From: an uncultured Alloscardovia sp.
GTDB taxonomy: Bacteria > Actinomycetota > Actinomycetes > Actinomycetales > Bifidobacteriaceae
Direction: 5' to 3'
Length of the DNA: 64,000 bases
NCBI GenBank assembly: GCA_963545565.1
Contig: CAUUJV010000009.1
Span: 1,593 to 65,592 of the forward strand
Each line of letters begins with the position of its first letter. Within the stretch, counting starts at the first letter, position 1. Under the pieces are notes generated by a model. That model did no database searches. It saw only the letters and a program-made list of their open reading frames with translations, and was not told where the DNA came from. This document shows positions 11,210 through 21,597 of this stretch, piece after piece. A program made the translations under genes and the position numbers.

Positions 11210-11852
11210 AATCGAACTTCCTTTCAAGCCATGTTCCAAACAAGGAAATAGGAAGCAAAATAATCAAATATGTAATTATGAGCAAGAACAGCGATTCATA
11301 CGTGTTGTACTGCGTGCCCATAAGGTCTTTGGTCATGTACATAACGTCTGCGAGCGCAATGGCAGAGACGACAGATGACTCTTTCACCAGGAAAATAACA
11401 TTTGCTACAACGCCTGGAATTGATGTGCTGACTGCTTGAGGCACGATAATTCGTGACAGCGTTTGCCACCTGTTAAAGCCAAGTACATATGCGGATTCGC
11501 GCTGCACATTCGGTACGCTCTCGAAACCGGCGCGTATGGATTCTGCCATATATGCCCCACCGAGGAATCCAAGACCAACAATTGCACACATCTGTGCTGA
11601 CAGCACCACTCCAAGCTTGGGCAGGCCAAAATACAAGAAGTAAAGCTGCACGAGAAGCGGCGTGTTACGACTCAGCTCAACGTAGAACCGCACAATCTGA
11701 TACGCCACGGGAATACGAGAAATTTCAATACTGGCACACAGAACTCCTACTGCGATTGCAAGAATGATGCCGAAGAACGAAATATTAAGCGTCATCAAAC
11801 CGCCATTAACAAAATATGGTGCATATCTGGCTACAAATAACCAATCAAACAT
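11196..11852 (-). CDS. Amino-acid ABC transporter permease
   Basis: Polytopic HisMQ-type permease. The start is set at MFDWLFV, preceded by AAGGAGG. The tracked ORF extends to 11918. Confidence 0.88.
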   Translation of the reverse strand: MFDWLFVARYAPYFVNGGLMTLNISFFGIILAIAVGVLCASIEISRIPVAYQIVRFYVELSRNTPLLVQLYFLYFGLPKLGVVLSAQMCAIVGLGFLGGAYMAESIRAGFESVPNVQRESAYVLGFNRWQTLSRIIVPQAVSTSIPGVVANVIFLVKESSVVSAIALADVMYMTKDLMGTQYNTYESLFLLIITYLIILLPISLFGTWLERKFDYERR

Positions 11853-11973
11853 TGAATTATGCACCTCCTTTGCATGGCGATTTACTTCCTCTAATACTTT
11901 AAAAGCCAAGTGTTGCAAAACATGGAAAATCCCGAATTTTGGCTATAGGAAAAACTAATAGAACGTAAAAGAG

Positions 11974-12044
11974 AGCGGGCGACGGGAGTCGAACCCGCCT
12001 CTGGAGCTTGGGAAGCTCCCATTCTACCGATGAACTACGCCCGC
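11974..12044 (-). tRNA. tRNA-Gly (anticodon CCC)
   Basis: The reverse complement GCGGGCGTAGTTCATCGGTAGAATGGGAGCTTCCCAAGCTCCAGAGGCGGGTTCGACTCCCGTCGCCCGCT folds as a cloverleaf. The anticodon loop is TTCCCAA and the T-loop is GGTTCGACTCC. No CCA is encoded. Confidence 0.93.
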
Positions 12045-12219
12045 GAAGACGGTGCTCTCCTACTTGCACAAATGCACAAAAATGCACAGCTCAAGCGCAT
12101 AACCCAAGTTCACAACCTGAGCGCACAACAAAGCACGACATTCAGTGTAGCATCCCATCAGTATTGGCGTTTTATGATAGACCGTAGGTTATTCAAAAAA
12201 CACAAAGGGGTGTTACAAA

Positions 12220-13583
12220 ATGACGACGAATGAGAGCACACACAAAGAGCTTGCCAGCCCGAAGATTCTATGGCTTTTCGCTGTCGGGCAGCTCGGATGG
12301 CCAATTCTTTCAGGAATTATCAGCAATTGGCTTGTTTACTATTATCAGCCAAGCCAGGATTTACAAGACCGTGGCATGCCTATTTTTATCACCCAAGGTG
12401 CCATTGTTCTAGGCTTAACAGTCATTGGTTTGATTACTGCAAGTGGGCGTTTAATTGACGCATTCCTTGACCCATGGATTGGCGGAAAATCTGATGCTTG
12501 CAAACACCCACTTGGCAGACGCATGTCATGCGCTGGGCAGCTATTCCATTTGGCGTTATCACAACGCTTGTGTTCGTTTCACCAGTGAATCATGAGTCCT
12601 TTATCAACAACGTTGTGCTCTTCGTGCTTGTGCTCGCATTCTACTTCTGTATGACGTGCTATTGCACCCCGTTCAACGCTCTTATCCCAGAGCTCGGCAG
12701 CACACAAGAACTGCGCATCAATGTTTCTACCTCAATTTCCACTACATTCTTTATTGGTACAGCAGTAGCTTATTTGGTACCAAATATTGCTGGATTGCTA
12801 CCTCAAAGCCTTGGATACGCCAATAGTTTCCGCATAACTGTGGGAATCTTGAGCATTATTGCAATCATCTGCATGCTCGTGCCGACTTTCACCATTGACG
12901 AGAAGAAATACGCCAAAATGGAGCCTTCCACAATCGGTGTTTGGGAAAGCCTTAGCAACACTTTCAAAAATCACGATTTCCAAATTTTCATCAGCTCTGG
13001 TGTGCTTTACTGGATTGGCTTGACTATGTTCCAAACAGGTATGCCGTTCTACATCACGCAACTCATGGGCTTTGACGATTCCATGACTTTTGTGTTCTTC
13101 GCAGGCATGACTGTTCTCTCGCTCGCCTTCTACCCCGTGGTGAACATTCTGGCAAAGAAGACCGGAAAGAAGCCGCTCGTAGCTTGCGCATTCATGATTT
13201 TTGTTGTTGGCTTCCTTTTGACCTCTCAGTCAGGAAAGTTCGGCATTCCGGGCATCGTATGGGCTGTAGGCATGATGATTCTCGCTGCTATTCCGATGGC
13301 AATTCTTGGTATTCTGCCACAAGCTGTTCTCGCAGATATTGCGCAGTCTGACTCTATTAAGACTCAGCAGAACCGTGAAGGCATGTTCTACGCTACTCGC
13401 ACGTTCAGCATGAAACTCGGCCAATCTGTGGCAATGATTCTGTTTACTTCTCTGGCACTAGTGGGATCTGCTTCTGATGGGTACCGCATTACCGCAATTG
13501 TGGCAGCAGTTCTGTGCCTCGGCGGCGGACTCATCTTCACGCGGTACAACGAGAAGAAGGTCATAGCAAGCCTTAGCGAATAG
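12220..13583 (+). pseudogene. GPH-family (glycoside-pentoside-hexuronide:cation symporter) MFS transporter, split by a single frameshift near 12515-12530
   Basis: Two overlapping ORFs (12220-12588 and 12498-13583) together make one ~450-aa GPH-type protein: ...DPWIGGKSDACKHPLGRR / VMRWAAIPFG.... The disruption depends on the accuracy of the sequence. Confidence 0.65.
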
Positions 13584-13677
13584 GAAAATAGGCGAATAGC
13601 TTGGAAGCGCCCAGTGCCTCACCCTGCTCCTCAGAGGAATGCTTCGAGGAGCAGGCTCGGGCTTATTCATCAATTAT

Positions 13678-14637
13678 TTATCGACGGCCGGCCTGACTAT
13701 AAGGCTCAAATCCAGTACCTTCCATAGGTTGGCCGGCTGCTTGAGCCGCTTGATTCATTGATGCAGTACCATACATTTCTTCCTGCATATGCATTAGACG
13801 AGCTATGCGATCTTCTGTTTTAGGATGGGTTGAAAAGAGTTGGTTGATGTCAGCTGCGCGGAAGGGACTTGCAATCATAACGGCAGAGACGTTTTGAGTC
13901 GCATTCGTTTTGCGCATCGGCTGGGCTTCAACACCATTCGTAATCTTGTTCAGGGCAGAAGCTAAAGCTGCTGGGTCTTCAGTGAGTTTGCTTCCATCTT
14001 CATCAGCATCATATTCACGAGTACGTGAGATTGCCATCTGAATTAGCGATGCACCTATTGGAGCCAAAATCATAGCAAGTAAAGCCCCAATTCCACTCCC
14101 ACGATCTTCACGGTCGCTTCCAACACCGAAATACATCAAGGAATAGCCCAAATACGTAATTACCATCGACATAGCTGAAGCGATAGAAGACGTCAGAATA
14201 TCATGGTTATACACATGCATCAACTCATGACCAAGAACACCACGAATTTCGCGATTATCGAGCATATTCAAAATGCCTTCAGTGCAGCACACGGCCGCAT
14301 ACTTTTCGTTACGTCCGGTTGCGAAAGCGTTAGGTGATTGCGTTGGGGCAATATAGATGCGTGGCATTGGTTTGCCAGCCTTTGCGCTTAATTCACGCAC
14401 AATCGCATAAAGATTTGGCGCCTCCTGCTCAGACACTTCGCGAGCGTGCATAGAAGCGATGGAAAGCTTATCAGAAAACCAATAGCTGCCTGCTGTCATC
14501 GCAACAGCAATGAGCACATAGAAGCCTAAAGTGGACTGACGACTACCGGTCAAGAACCAGATGACCATAATCAGAGCCCACATAAGCCCAAACAGCACAA
14601 CAGTCTTGAGACCATTTGCATGACCGTGAATCTTCAT
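13678..14637 (-). CDS. htpX: Membrane-bound M48 zinc protease HtpX
   Basis: HELMHV zinc motif, four TM segments and full-length HtpX similarity. The start codon overlaps the fprA stop (TAATG). Confidence 0.92.
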   Translation of the reverse strand: MKIHGHANGLKTVVLFGLMWALIMVIWFLTGSRQSTLGFYVLIAVAMTAGSYWFSDKLSIASMHAREVSEQEAPNLYAIVRELSAKAGKPMPRIYIAPTQSPNAFATGRNEKYAAVCCTEGILNMLDNREIRGVLGHELMHVYNHDILTSSIASAMSMVITYLGYSLMYFGVGSDREDRGSGIGALLAMILAPIGASLIQMAISRTREYDADEDGSKLTEDPAALASALNKITNGVEAQPMRKTNATQNVSAVMIASPFRAADINQLFSTHPKTEDRIARLMHMQEEMYGTASMNQAAQAAGQPMEGTGFEPYSQAGRR

Positions 14638-16085
14638 TACTGGCCAATCTTACGCATTAAATCTGCATCAACAACTTTGATATGCTCACGCCCAGCTTTG
14701 GCGCCCTCGGCACGCTCATACGCATCCACACGCTTCCATGAAGCATAATCAAGCGGTTTAACACCTTTACCTTGCAAATAAGTCAATACGTCTGCAGCAT
14801 CCGGATTCGTTGCTGTACGACCCTTAACATCAGAAGCAGCCCAATCGGCGAGAATATTGTCAACAGTTTCGAGCGCATCAGACTTAGTGGAGCCAATGAG
14901 CCCAACAGGACCACGTTTTGCCCAACCGGTAGTATAAACACCTGCGAGCTGCTCACCGCCTTCCTCAAGAGTTGCCGTATAAACGCGGCCATTCTCGTTC
15001 ATGAGAGTATAGCGAGATTCGTTATAAGGAATTCCAGTCACTTCTGCTGGCTTGTAGCCGATTGCATGGTAAACAGCTTGAACTGGATACTCATCAAATT
15101 CTTCGAGAGAAGTCATAGTGCCATCTGCAGCCGTAGATGTACGCTGAACACGAATACTAGAAACAGAACCATCTGTACCCTTAATCTCAACCGGATTAGC
15201 GTTAAAGTGCAGATAATATTTACGCCGTGCAGGATCACCGTTGAAATCAACTCCGCCAGCATCAGCCATGTCCAAAGCCATATCTTTCACAACGAAAAGC
15301 TCTTCAACCATCTGGCGAGTGAGTTTGTCAGATCCCGCAACCTCAAGCGTTTCTTCATCGAGTTCAAAATCTTCTTCATTGACAATAATCTGTACGCCTG
15401 GAAGTGCTTCAAGTTCACGCAGCTCCTGCACGGAGAACTTCGCTTGAGCCACTCCACGGCGAATAAACACATGAACTTCTTGAGCCTTATTTACGCCGAT
15501 TCCGTCATATACGTTCTGAGGAATATCGGTACCTAACAAATCATCCGGATATCGAACCAGCAAACGAGAAACGTCCATTGCAACGTTTCCACCGCCAATA
15601 ACAGCAACACTTTTAGCCTCAAGCAGCCATTCAAGTGGAGCCGATGGATAACCGTCATACCATTCCACAAAGTGAGCAGCACCGAATACATTCTTAAGAT
15701 CGTGACCCTCAATACGCAATGGGCGATCATCAACAGCGCCTGTTGCGAAAATAATCGCATCGTAACGAGAGTGCATTTCATCAAGATCGATATCTTTACC
15801 AAATTCAACGTCTGCGATGAGGCGAATCTGGGGATTATTCAAAGTCTTTTCAAGAGCACCCATAATGAACTTAATAGCAGGGTGGTCAGGGGCTACACCA
15901 TAACGCACAAGACCGAATGGCACAGGTAGTTTTTCATACAAATCGATGGTGGCTTGTGTGCCAATACCAAGCTCTTCTCCACGCTGAGCAAGTTGACGCA
16001 GAAGAATATCAGAGGCATACACACCTGCAGGGCCAGCACCCACAACAGCTACTCGTAAGGAACGCATTTCATTTGTTTCAGTCAT
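14637..16085 (-). CDS. fprA: FprA-type NADPH:ferredoxin (adrenodoxin-like) reductase
   Basis: VAVVGAGPAGVYA FAD-binding fold, a second GGGNVAMD NADP fold, and about 480 aa as in mycobacterial FprA. The start is at 16085 or 16106. Confidence 0.85.
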   Translation of the reverse strand: MTETNEMRSLRVAVVGAGPAGVYASDILLRQLAQRGEELGIGTQATIDLYEKLPVPFGLVRYGVAPDHPAIKFIMGALEKTLNNPQIRLIADVEFGKDIDLDEMHSRYDAIIFATGAVDDRPLRIEGHDLKNVFGAAHFVEWYDGYPSAPLEWLLEAKSVAVIGGGNVAMDVSRLLVRYPDDLLGTDIPQNVYDGIGVNKAQEVHVFIRRGVAQAKFSVQELRELEALPGVQIIVNEEDFELDEETLEVAGSDKLTRQMVEELFVVKDMALDMADAGGVDFNGDPARRKYYLHFNANPVEIKGTDGSVSSIRVQRTSTAADGTMTSLEEFDEYPVQAVYHAIGYKPAEVTGIPYNESRYTLMNENGRVYTATLEEGGEQLAGVYTTGWAKRGPVGLIGSTKSDALETVDNILADWAASDVKGRTATNPDAADVLTYLQGKGVKPLDYASWKRVDAYERAEGAKAGREHIKVVDADLMRKIGQ

Positions 16086-16105
16086 AACCCCTACCCTATC
16101 GAACA

Positions 16106-16148
16106 AAATGAATCCGCGCCATGCTTATGCACAACGCGGACTTCATTT
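16106..16148 (-). terminator. Possible intrinsic terminator or attenuating hairpin between htrA and fprA
   Basis: A 13-bp stem with one bulge (AAATGAATCCGCG / CGCGGACTTCATTT) is followed on the minus strand by a T-rich run. It lies only ~20 nt upstream of the fprA start. Confidence 0.4.
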
Positions 16149-16189
16149 AACTTTATCTCTTACAATTTCTTACAGAATTGTTTTTTATT

Positions 16190-17866
16190 TTAACTCTCTT
16201 CATTATTCATGGTGGCAGTCACGCTAACGACTTTTCCATCACGAATGATAGTGATCGTTACCTTTGATCCCTTAGTAGTTGCACGAACATATCCAAGAAG
16301 GCTGGAGCTGGACTCAACAGAGTTGCCGTTGTACCCGATGATTGTGTCACCTTCCTTAACGCCTGCTTCATCTGCGGAGCTTCCGGAAGTTACAGACTTT
16401 ACAACTGCACCATAGCGAGTTGTACTATCTGCCGTAGCCTCACCAGTTGTTACTGACACACCGAGGAGAACGTGAGTTGCAGAACCGGAATCAATAATCT
16501 CATTTGCAACAGTCTTTACAAGGTTAGATGGAATTGCAAAGCCAATGCCGATAGAACCAGTAGAGCTAGAAGTACCATCACTGGAGCTTGCTGTTGCAAT
16601 AGAAGAGTTAATGCCAATAAGCTTGCCATCAGAGTTGAATGTTGGGCCGCCGGAATTGCCAGAATTAATGGATGCATCAATCTGGATTGCGTTGGTAACA
16701 ACCGTGGTGGAGCTATCGTCAGAAGTTACAGATACCGGGCGGTTCAATGCAGAAACGATACCGCTTGTTGCAGTGTTGGAATATCCCAAAGGATTACCAA
16801 TCGCAAGAACTTCTTCGCCAACTGCCACAGAGCTGGAATCAGCAAATGAAACAGGGTTCAAATTGCTTGGTGGATTCTTGAGCTTGATAACTGCAATATC
16901 AGTTGTTGCGTCAGTACCAACAAGCTCTGCCTCGTAAATATTGCCATTAGAAAGGGTAACTTCAATAGACTGAGCGTCCTCAATCACATGGTTGTTGGTA
17001 ACGATGTTGCCATTAGTATCGAAGATTGCGCCAGATCCCATTGCATAGCCGTTAGACAGTTTAACGGTAATGGAAACCACAGAGGACGCTACCTTCTTCA
17101 CGACCTTCTTCCATGAAGTGCTTGACACGGAAGAACTGGAGCTGCCAGAGCTGCCTGTGGAATTAGTGTTTACGCTGCTCAAACTCGAAGAGCTCGTAAC
17201 GGTGACCATACCGCTGGAAATAGCATAGAGACCAAATCCAGACACAAGAGCTGCCGTAATAAGAGCTGTAATAATGGTGGTCCAAATGTCAGAGCGCCTC
17301 TTCTTTGGATTTACTGGAGCTGCTGCACTGCCATTGTTTGGCCCCATAGGACCCATCGGCCCAGCTGGGCTGACTGGGTTATTTGGACTAGTCGGGCCGG
17401 TTGGGCCTGTTGGACCGTTTGGCCTTGTAGCACCATTTGAGGAGGTTGAACCAGCTGAACCATTAGACTGAGATTGTGCTGATCCTGCACTGGTTGCATA
17501 CGCACCATACTGCGGTGCAGGGCGTGGCGCAGATGCAGAACCCTGTCCATAATTTTGACCATAACCCTGCCTTGCAGATTGACCATAAGGCTGTGTTGGC
17601 TGATTGTAATTCACCGGACGAGTAGCTTGATTTGGCTGATTCAGCTGGTTCGGCTGAGCAGAAGAAACGGGCGTAACTGGAGTAATTGGCTGCGTTGCCT
17701 GAGTCTCTTGTGCTGCTCCATTTGCAGAGCTAGCAGAATTTGTAGAGTTACTAGTAGCTGCTGAATTGCCCGAATTGCTTGCTTTCTTAATTTCGCTAGG
17801 CTGCCAGCTACCTTCATTATTCTGAGGATTCCAAGGATTTGGAACCTGATTATTATTCGTCATCAA
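16190..17866 (-). CDS. HtrA/DegP-family trypsin-like serine protease with a PDZ domain and a long low-complexity N-terminus
   Basis: Catalytic GNSGGP, an HVIEDA His region and a C-terminal PDZ domain. The N-terminal ~190 aa are Q/N/P/S/G-rich and precede a TM segment. Confidence 0.9.
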   Translation of the reverse strand: MMTNNNQVPNPWNPQNNEGSWQPSEIKKASNSGNSAATSNSTNSASSANGAAQETQATQPITPVTPVSSAQPNQLNQPNQATRPVNYNQPTQPYGQSARQGYGQNYGQGSASAPRPAPQYGAYATSAGSAQSQSNGSAGSTSSNGATRPNGPTGPTGPTSPNNPVSPAGPMGPMGPNNGSAAAPVNPKKRRSDIWTTIITALITAALVSGFGLYAISSGMVTVTSSSSLSSVNTNSTGSSGSSSSSVSSTSWKKVVKKVASSVVSITVKLSNGYAMGSGAIFDTNGNIVTNNHVIEDAQSIEVTLSNGNIYEAELVGTDATTDIAVIKLKNPPSNLNPVSFADSSSVAVGEEVLAIGNPLGYSNTATSGIVSALNRPVSVTSDDSSTTVVTNAIQIDASINSGNSGGPTFNSDGKLIGINSSIATASSSDGTSSSTGSIGIGFAIPSNLVKTVANEIIDSGSATHVLLGVSVTTGEATADSTTRYGAVVKSVTSGSSADEAGVKEGDTIIGYNGNSVESSSSLLGYVRATTKGSKVTITIIRDGKVVSVTATMNNEES

Positions 17867-18047
17867 TACTCCTTAATGACATAAACCACATTTTTATGCG
17901 TTAACTGATGCGTTATTTGCTACACATTTCGTTCTAGTAGCTAGCTAAGTGCACTAATCTGCATGTTAGCTGAGAATTATATAAAAAGAATAATGGAAAA
18001 TAAATATATTTATATAAATGTGACGCCCATCCCCTAAAGTTGAGCGC

Positions 18048-19337
18048 ATGACGAGTAACGAGACCACTGTAAAAAAGCGCTTTACCCCAATTGGAGCAAC
18101 CGACGGAAAGCCTGGAGATCGAAGTGCTTTCAGCTTTGAGGTAAAAACTCGTATCGATGGTCGCCACGGCCGAACAGGCGTAATTCACACTCCTCATGGC
18201 GATATTAAGACTCCTGCATTTGTCCCCGTAGGAACTCAAGCCACCATGAAGGCCGTACTCCCTGAGCAGATGGAAGCTCTCGGCGCACAGTGCGTTCTCG
18301 CAAACGCTTTCCATCTTTTTGAACGCCCTGGCGAAGATGTGCTTGATATGGCTGGCGGGCTTGGCAAATTCATGAACTGGGATAAGCCTACATACACCGA
18401 TTCTGGTGGATTCCAGGTGCTGTCACTCGGCGCAGGTTTCAAAAAAACTTTAGCAATGGACGTTGAGGGGCATAAATCTGACGACGTGATTGCAAATGGT
18501 AAGGAGCGTTTAGCTTTTGTAGACGAGGACGGCGTTACATTTAAGTCGCCTCTCAATGGCAGTAAACATCGTTTTTCCGCAGAAATTTCTATGGGAATTC
18601 AGCACAAAATTGGCGCTGACATTATGTTTGCCTTCGATGAACTAACCACCTTGATGAATACTCGCTCGTACCAAGAAAAATCTGTTGAGCGCACATTCCG
18701 CTGGGCAAAACGCTGCGTCGCAGAGCATGAGCGCCTCACACAGGAACGTCTTGGAAAACCGTATCAGGCATTATTCGGAGTGGTTCAGGGCGCAAATTAC
18801 GAAGATTTGCGGCGACTGGCTGCATCTGAGGCTGCTTCCTTGGACTTCGACGGATTCGGCATCGGCGGAGCTATTGAAAAACGCATTATTGGCGAAACCT
18901 GCTCGTGGATTTGCGACGAGTTGCCAGAGAATAAACCTCGCCACGTACTAGGTATTGCTGCTGTTGACGATATCTTTGCGTCCGTAGAAAACGGCGGAGA
19001 TACCTTCGATTGCGTCGCCCCCGCACGCGTGGCTCGAAACGGTGCTGTTTACACTAAAGACGGTCGCTGGAATATCAAGCGCGCGGCCTTCAAAACTGAT
19101 TTAAATCCACTAGAAGATGACTGCGACTGCTACACGTGCCAGCATTATTCCCGTGCTTATATTCATCACCTGTTGAAAGCAGGCGAAATGACCGGGGCAA
19201 CGCTGATGACTATCCACAACGAACGATTCTTCATCCGTTTACTCGATAATATTCGCGACTCTATTGATGGTGGCTACTTCAACGAATTCCGCGATTCTTA
19301 CCTAGCTCGCTTCTATGCAAACGGTTCAAAGGGCTGA
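18048..19337 (+). CDS. tgt: tRNA-guanine transglycosylase (queuine tRNA-ribosyltransferase)
   Basis: Full-length TGT similarity including the zinc site CDCYTCQHYSRAYIHHL. Confidence 0.93.
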   Translation: MTSNETTVKKRFTPIGATDGKPGDRSAFSFEVKTRIDGRHGRTGVIHTPHGDIKTPAFVPVGTQATMKAVLPEQMEALGAQCVLANAFHLFERPGEDVLDMAGGLGKFMNWDKPTYTDSGGFQVLSLGAGFKKTLAMDVEGHKSDDVIANGKERLAFVDEDGVTFKSPLNGSKHRFSAEISMGIQHKIGADIMFAFDELTTLMNTRSYQEKSVERTFRWAKRCVAEHERLTQERLGKPYQALFGVVQGANYEDLRRLAASEAASLDFDGFGIGGAIEKRIIGETCSWICDELPENKPRHVLGIAAVDDIFASVENGGDTFDCVAPARVARNGAVYTKDGRWNIKRAAFKTDLNPLEDDCDCYTCQHYSRAYIHHLLKAGEMTGATLMTIHNERFFIRLLDNIRDSIDGGYFNEFRDSYLARFYANGSKG

Positions 19338-19397
19338 ATTACGCAACATGTATGAATTGCACAACATGTGAGAGCATGTTAAGATTTCAGTTTGTCT

Positions 19398-19483
19398 GCG
19401 CACGTGGCGGAATGGTAGACGCGCTAGCTTCAGGTGCTAGTGTTCGCAAGGACGTGCGGGTTCAACTCCCGCCGTGCGCACCA
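19398..19483 (+). tRNA. tRNA-Leu (anticodon CAG), CCA encoded
   Basis: GCGCACGTGGCGGAATGGTAGACGCGCTAGCTTCAGGTGCTAG... with a long variable arm, T-loop GGTTCAACTCC, matching acceptor stem GCGCACG/CGTGCGC and a terminal ACCA. Confidence 0.93.
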
Positions 19484-19488
19484 GATTT

Positions 19489-20654
19489 TTATTTCTTGAA
19501 ATTGCTTCCAGAAAATTCTCCTACAAAGAAATCAATAGCATCTTGCATATGAGGAACGAGCTGTTCGTTCTTGCAGCTACCTAATTCATGGCGTGTTCCA
19601 GGCATAAATACCTTCGTGATATCGCCACCAGCATTGCGAACGTTGTCAATGAATTGGTTTTGTAAATCAAGACGCACATAAGTATCTTTCTCAGACTGCA
19701 CTAGCAAAATCGGAGCCTTAATGCGAGCGCAGTTTTTCGGATCAAGTAAACTCTTGGTCATTCGCAAGCTTTCACGAACCCAGCTATAGGACGATCCTGC
19801 AGTCTGATACCGCAAATCTTGAATGCGGAAAGCGTGTAATTCTTTGCAGCGCTCTTGGCTTAATCCTTCATTGAATTCTGCATCATACTCATAGTTAAAC
19901 GGTTGCTGTGTAACTGCAAGATGCTTGCCTAGCCCAAAAGCGCATGCAACTTCGGCAGCGCACCTAGCAACAATCGTTGGAATTCCTGTGTTTGGGCCAA
20001 CCATAGGGCAGCTGAGCACATATTTATCGCTAGCTCAGGGTATTGCTCAGCCACTCCGATTGAAATACCTCCGCCCATAGAATGCCCATACACATAAACT
20101 GGCCCATGAGACTGCGGCTTTACAATAGTGCCCATAAATGTTACCAAATCAGCAACATAACGCCGCCAATCATCGATATACACAACAGAAGAATCTTCCG
20201 TGTCATGTGGTGAGAAGCCGTGCCCGCGGTGTTCCATGACCCACACATCGCAGCCTGTCTGCAAAAAGTAATATGCCATTTCTTGATATTTTGGAGCACA
20301 CTCGGTAAAACCATGCACAAGCACCACGCTTGGCCTGTCTTTTTCAGGGCGCTCAACAGACACTCCACCTGCAGCACGAAAAGCATCGAGATCGTAATAG
20401 TCGTAGTAGAGCTGATTATTATGAGAAACCGCCGGAGCATAGGCACCTACTAAATCGCGAAGTCCTTCGTGCGACGGCGCATCCATCCACCCAGAAGTGC
20501 GCGTAGCAAGCATAAGCGGACGAACTGTGGAATTCATGTCGTCTTCAAAGCGAGAGTCATCCACAAAAGTGATTTTTTGACTAATTTTCTGGCTAGCTTC
20601 TTGACTAATTTCCTGAGTATTCTGCACAGTAGTTTGTTCAATAGTTTCCGGCAT
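19489..20654 (-). pseudogene. Alpha/beta hydrolase (lysophospholipase / monoglyceride lipase-like), split by a frameshift near 20022-20035
   Basis: The N-terminal ORF carries the GHSMGG nucleophile elbow. The C-terminal ORF continues the fold (DKYVLSCPMVGP... in the other frame). The two ORFs overlap at 19929-20019. Confidence 0.65.
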
Positions 20655-20835
20655 GATACGCCTTTCTCGATGTGCGAGCGCTTCTGCGCACCCGCAGCAA
20701 CAACCATGTATTATTCAGAGTAATAGATTTTTAGGGCACACAAAACCAAGGAGCCCATACTTTTAGAACAACGCATAAACGCACAGCGATAAAACATAGC
20801 TACATAGCTTCAGCACTACGAATGTGAGGTAAAAC

Positions 20836-21426
20836 ATGACTGAATCTCGCGTTATCAGCACTCAAGAGGTTCACAACGGACCTATTTTCAATGTGGATCG
20901 CGTAACCGTAGAGCTTAAAGGAGTTAATCTTGACGCTCCTGAAGAAACTGTGACTATTGAGCGAGAAGTCGTGCGTCACGTTCCCGTTGTTGTGATGCTT
21001 GTGCACGATGTGGCAACAGATAAATATCTTCTTGAGCGAGAATATCGCGTTGGGCCAAATGCTTTCGTTCCAGGGCTTCCTGCCGGTTTCATGGAAAAAG
21101 ATGAGAAACCAATTGCTGCCATGGAGCGTGAACTGCGCGAGGAAACTGGTATTACTTCCTCAGATGTAGTGCTCGACTACGTTGGCTCCTTCTACTCTTC
21201 AGAGGGGATGACTGACGAAATGGCAATTGTCGGAATCCTTCATCTGCGTTCCTTTGAACAAGGCCCCTTAGATTTGGACGAAGGTGAATACGTGCATTCT
21301 GAGTGGGTGACTTGGGATGCTCTTCTTGACGCTGGAATCATGTCTTCAAATTCTGTGATTGCGATTGAGCATGAGGCACTTCGCCGCACAAATGACCCAA
21401 ATAATGCAAAAATCTCACAAAAATAA
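20836..21426 (+). CDS. NUDIX hydrolase (ADP-ribose pyrophosphatase-like)
   Basis: NUDIX box GFMEKDEKPIAAMERELREETG. Confidence 0.85.
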   Translation: MTESRVISTQEVHNGPIFNVDRVTVELKGVNLDAPEETVTIEREVVRHVPVVVMLVHDVATDKYLLEREYRVGPNAFVPGLPAGFMEKDEKPIAAMERELREETGITSSDVVLDYVGSFYSSEGMTDEMAIVGILHLRSFEQGPLDLDEGEYVHSEWVTWDALLDAGIMSSNSVIAIEHEALRRTNDPNNAKISQK

Positions 21427-21597
21427 ACGCTTATACACACTAAAAATTGGCATGTAATACGGAGAATTGGAAAAAATAGTTCCTAAACACAGCATAATCG
21501 GGCAGATTGCGCAAAAACTTTGCAATAATAGCGTATGACTTGGCTAAAGTGCGCTTTTGCATGTTTACGATAGAGTCAGCCTAAGAAAGGGACAACT

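Noticed and set aside
14772-15536. 254-aa ORF on the plus strand.
   Set aside because: It is antisense to the fprA-type reductase gene, with no recognisable motifs. This is a shadow ORF.
19484-20654. Possible integrated element next to tRNA-Leu.
   Set aside because: There is no integrase, no repeat of the tRNA 3' end and no compositional break visible by eye. Only a single frameshifted hydrolase gene lies there.
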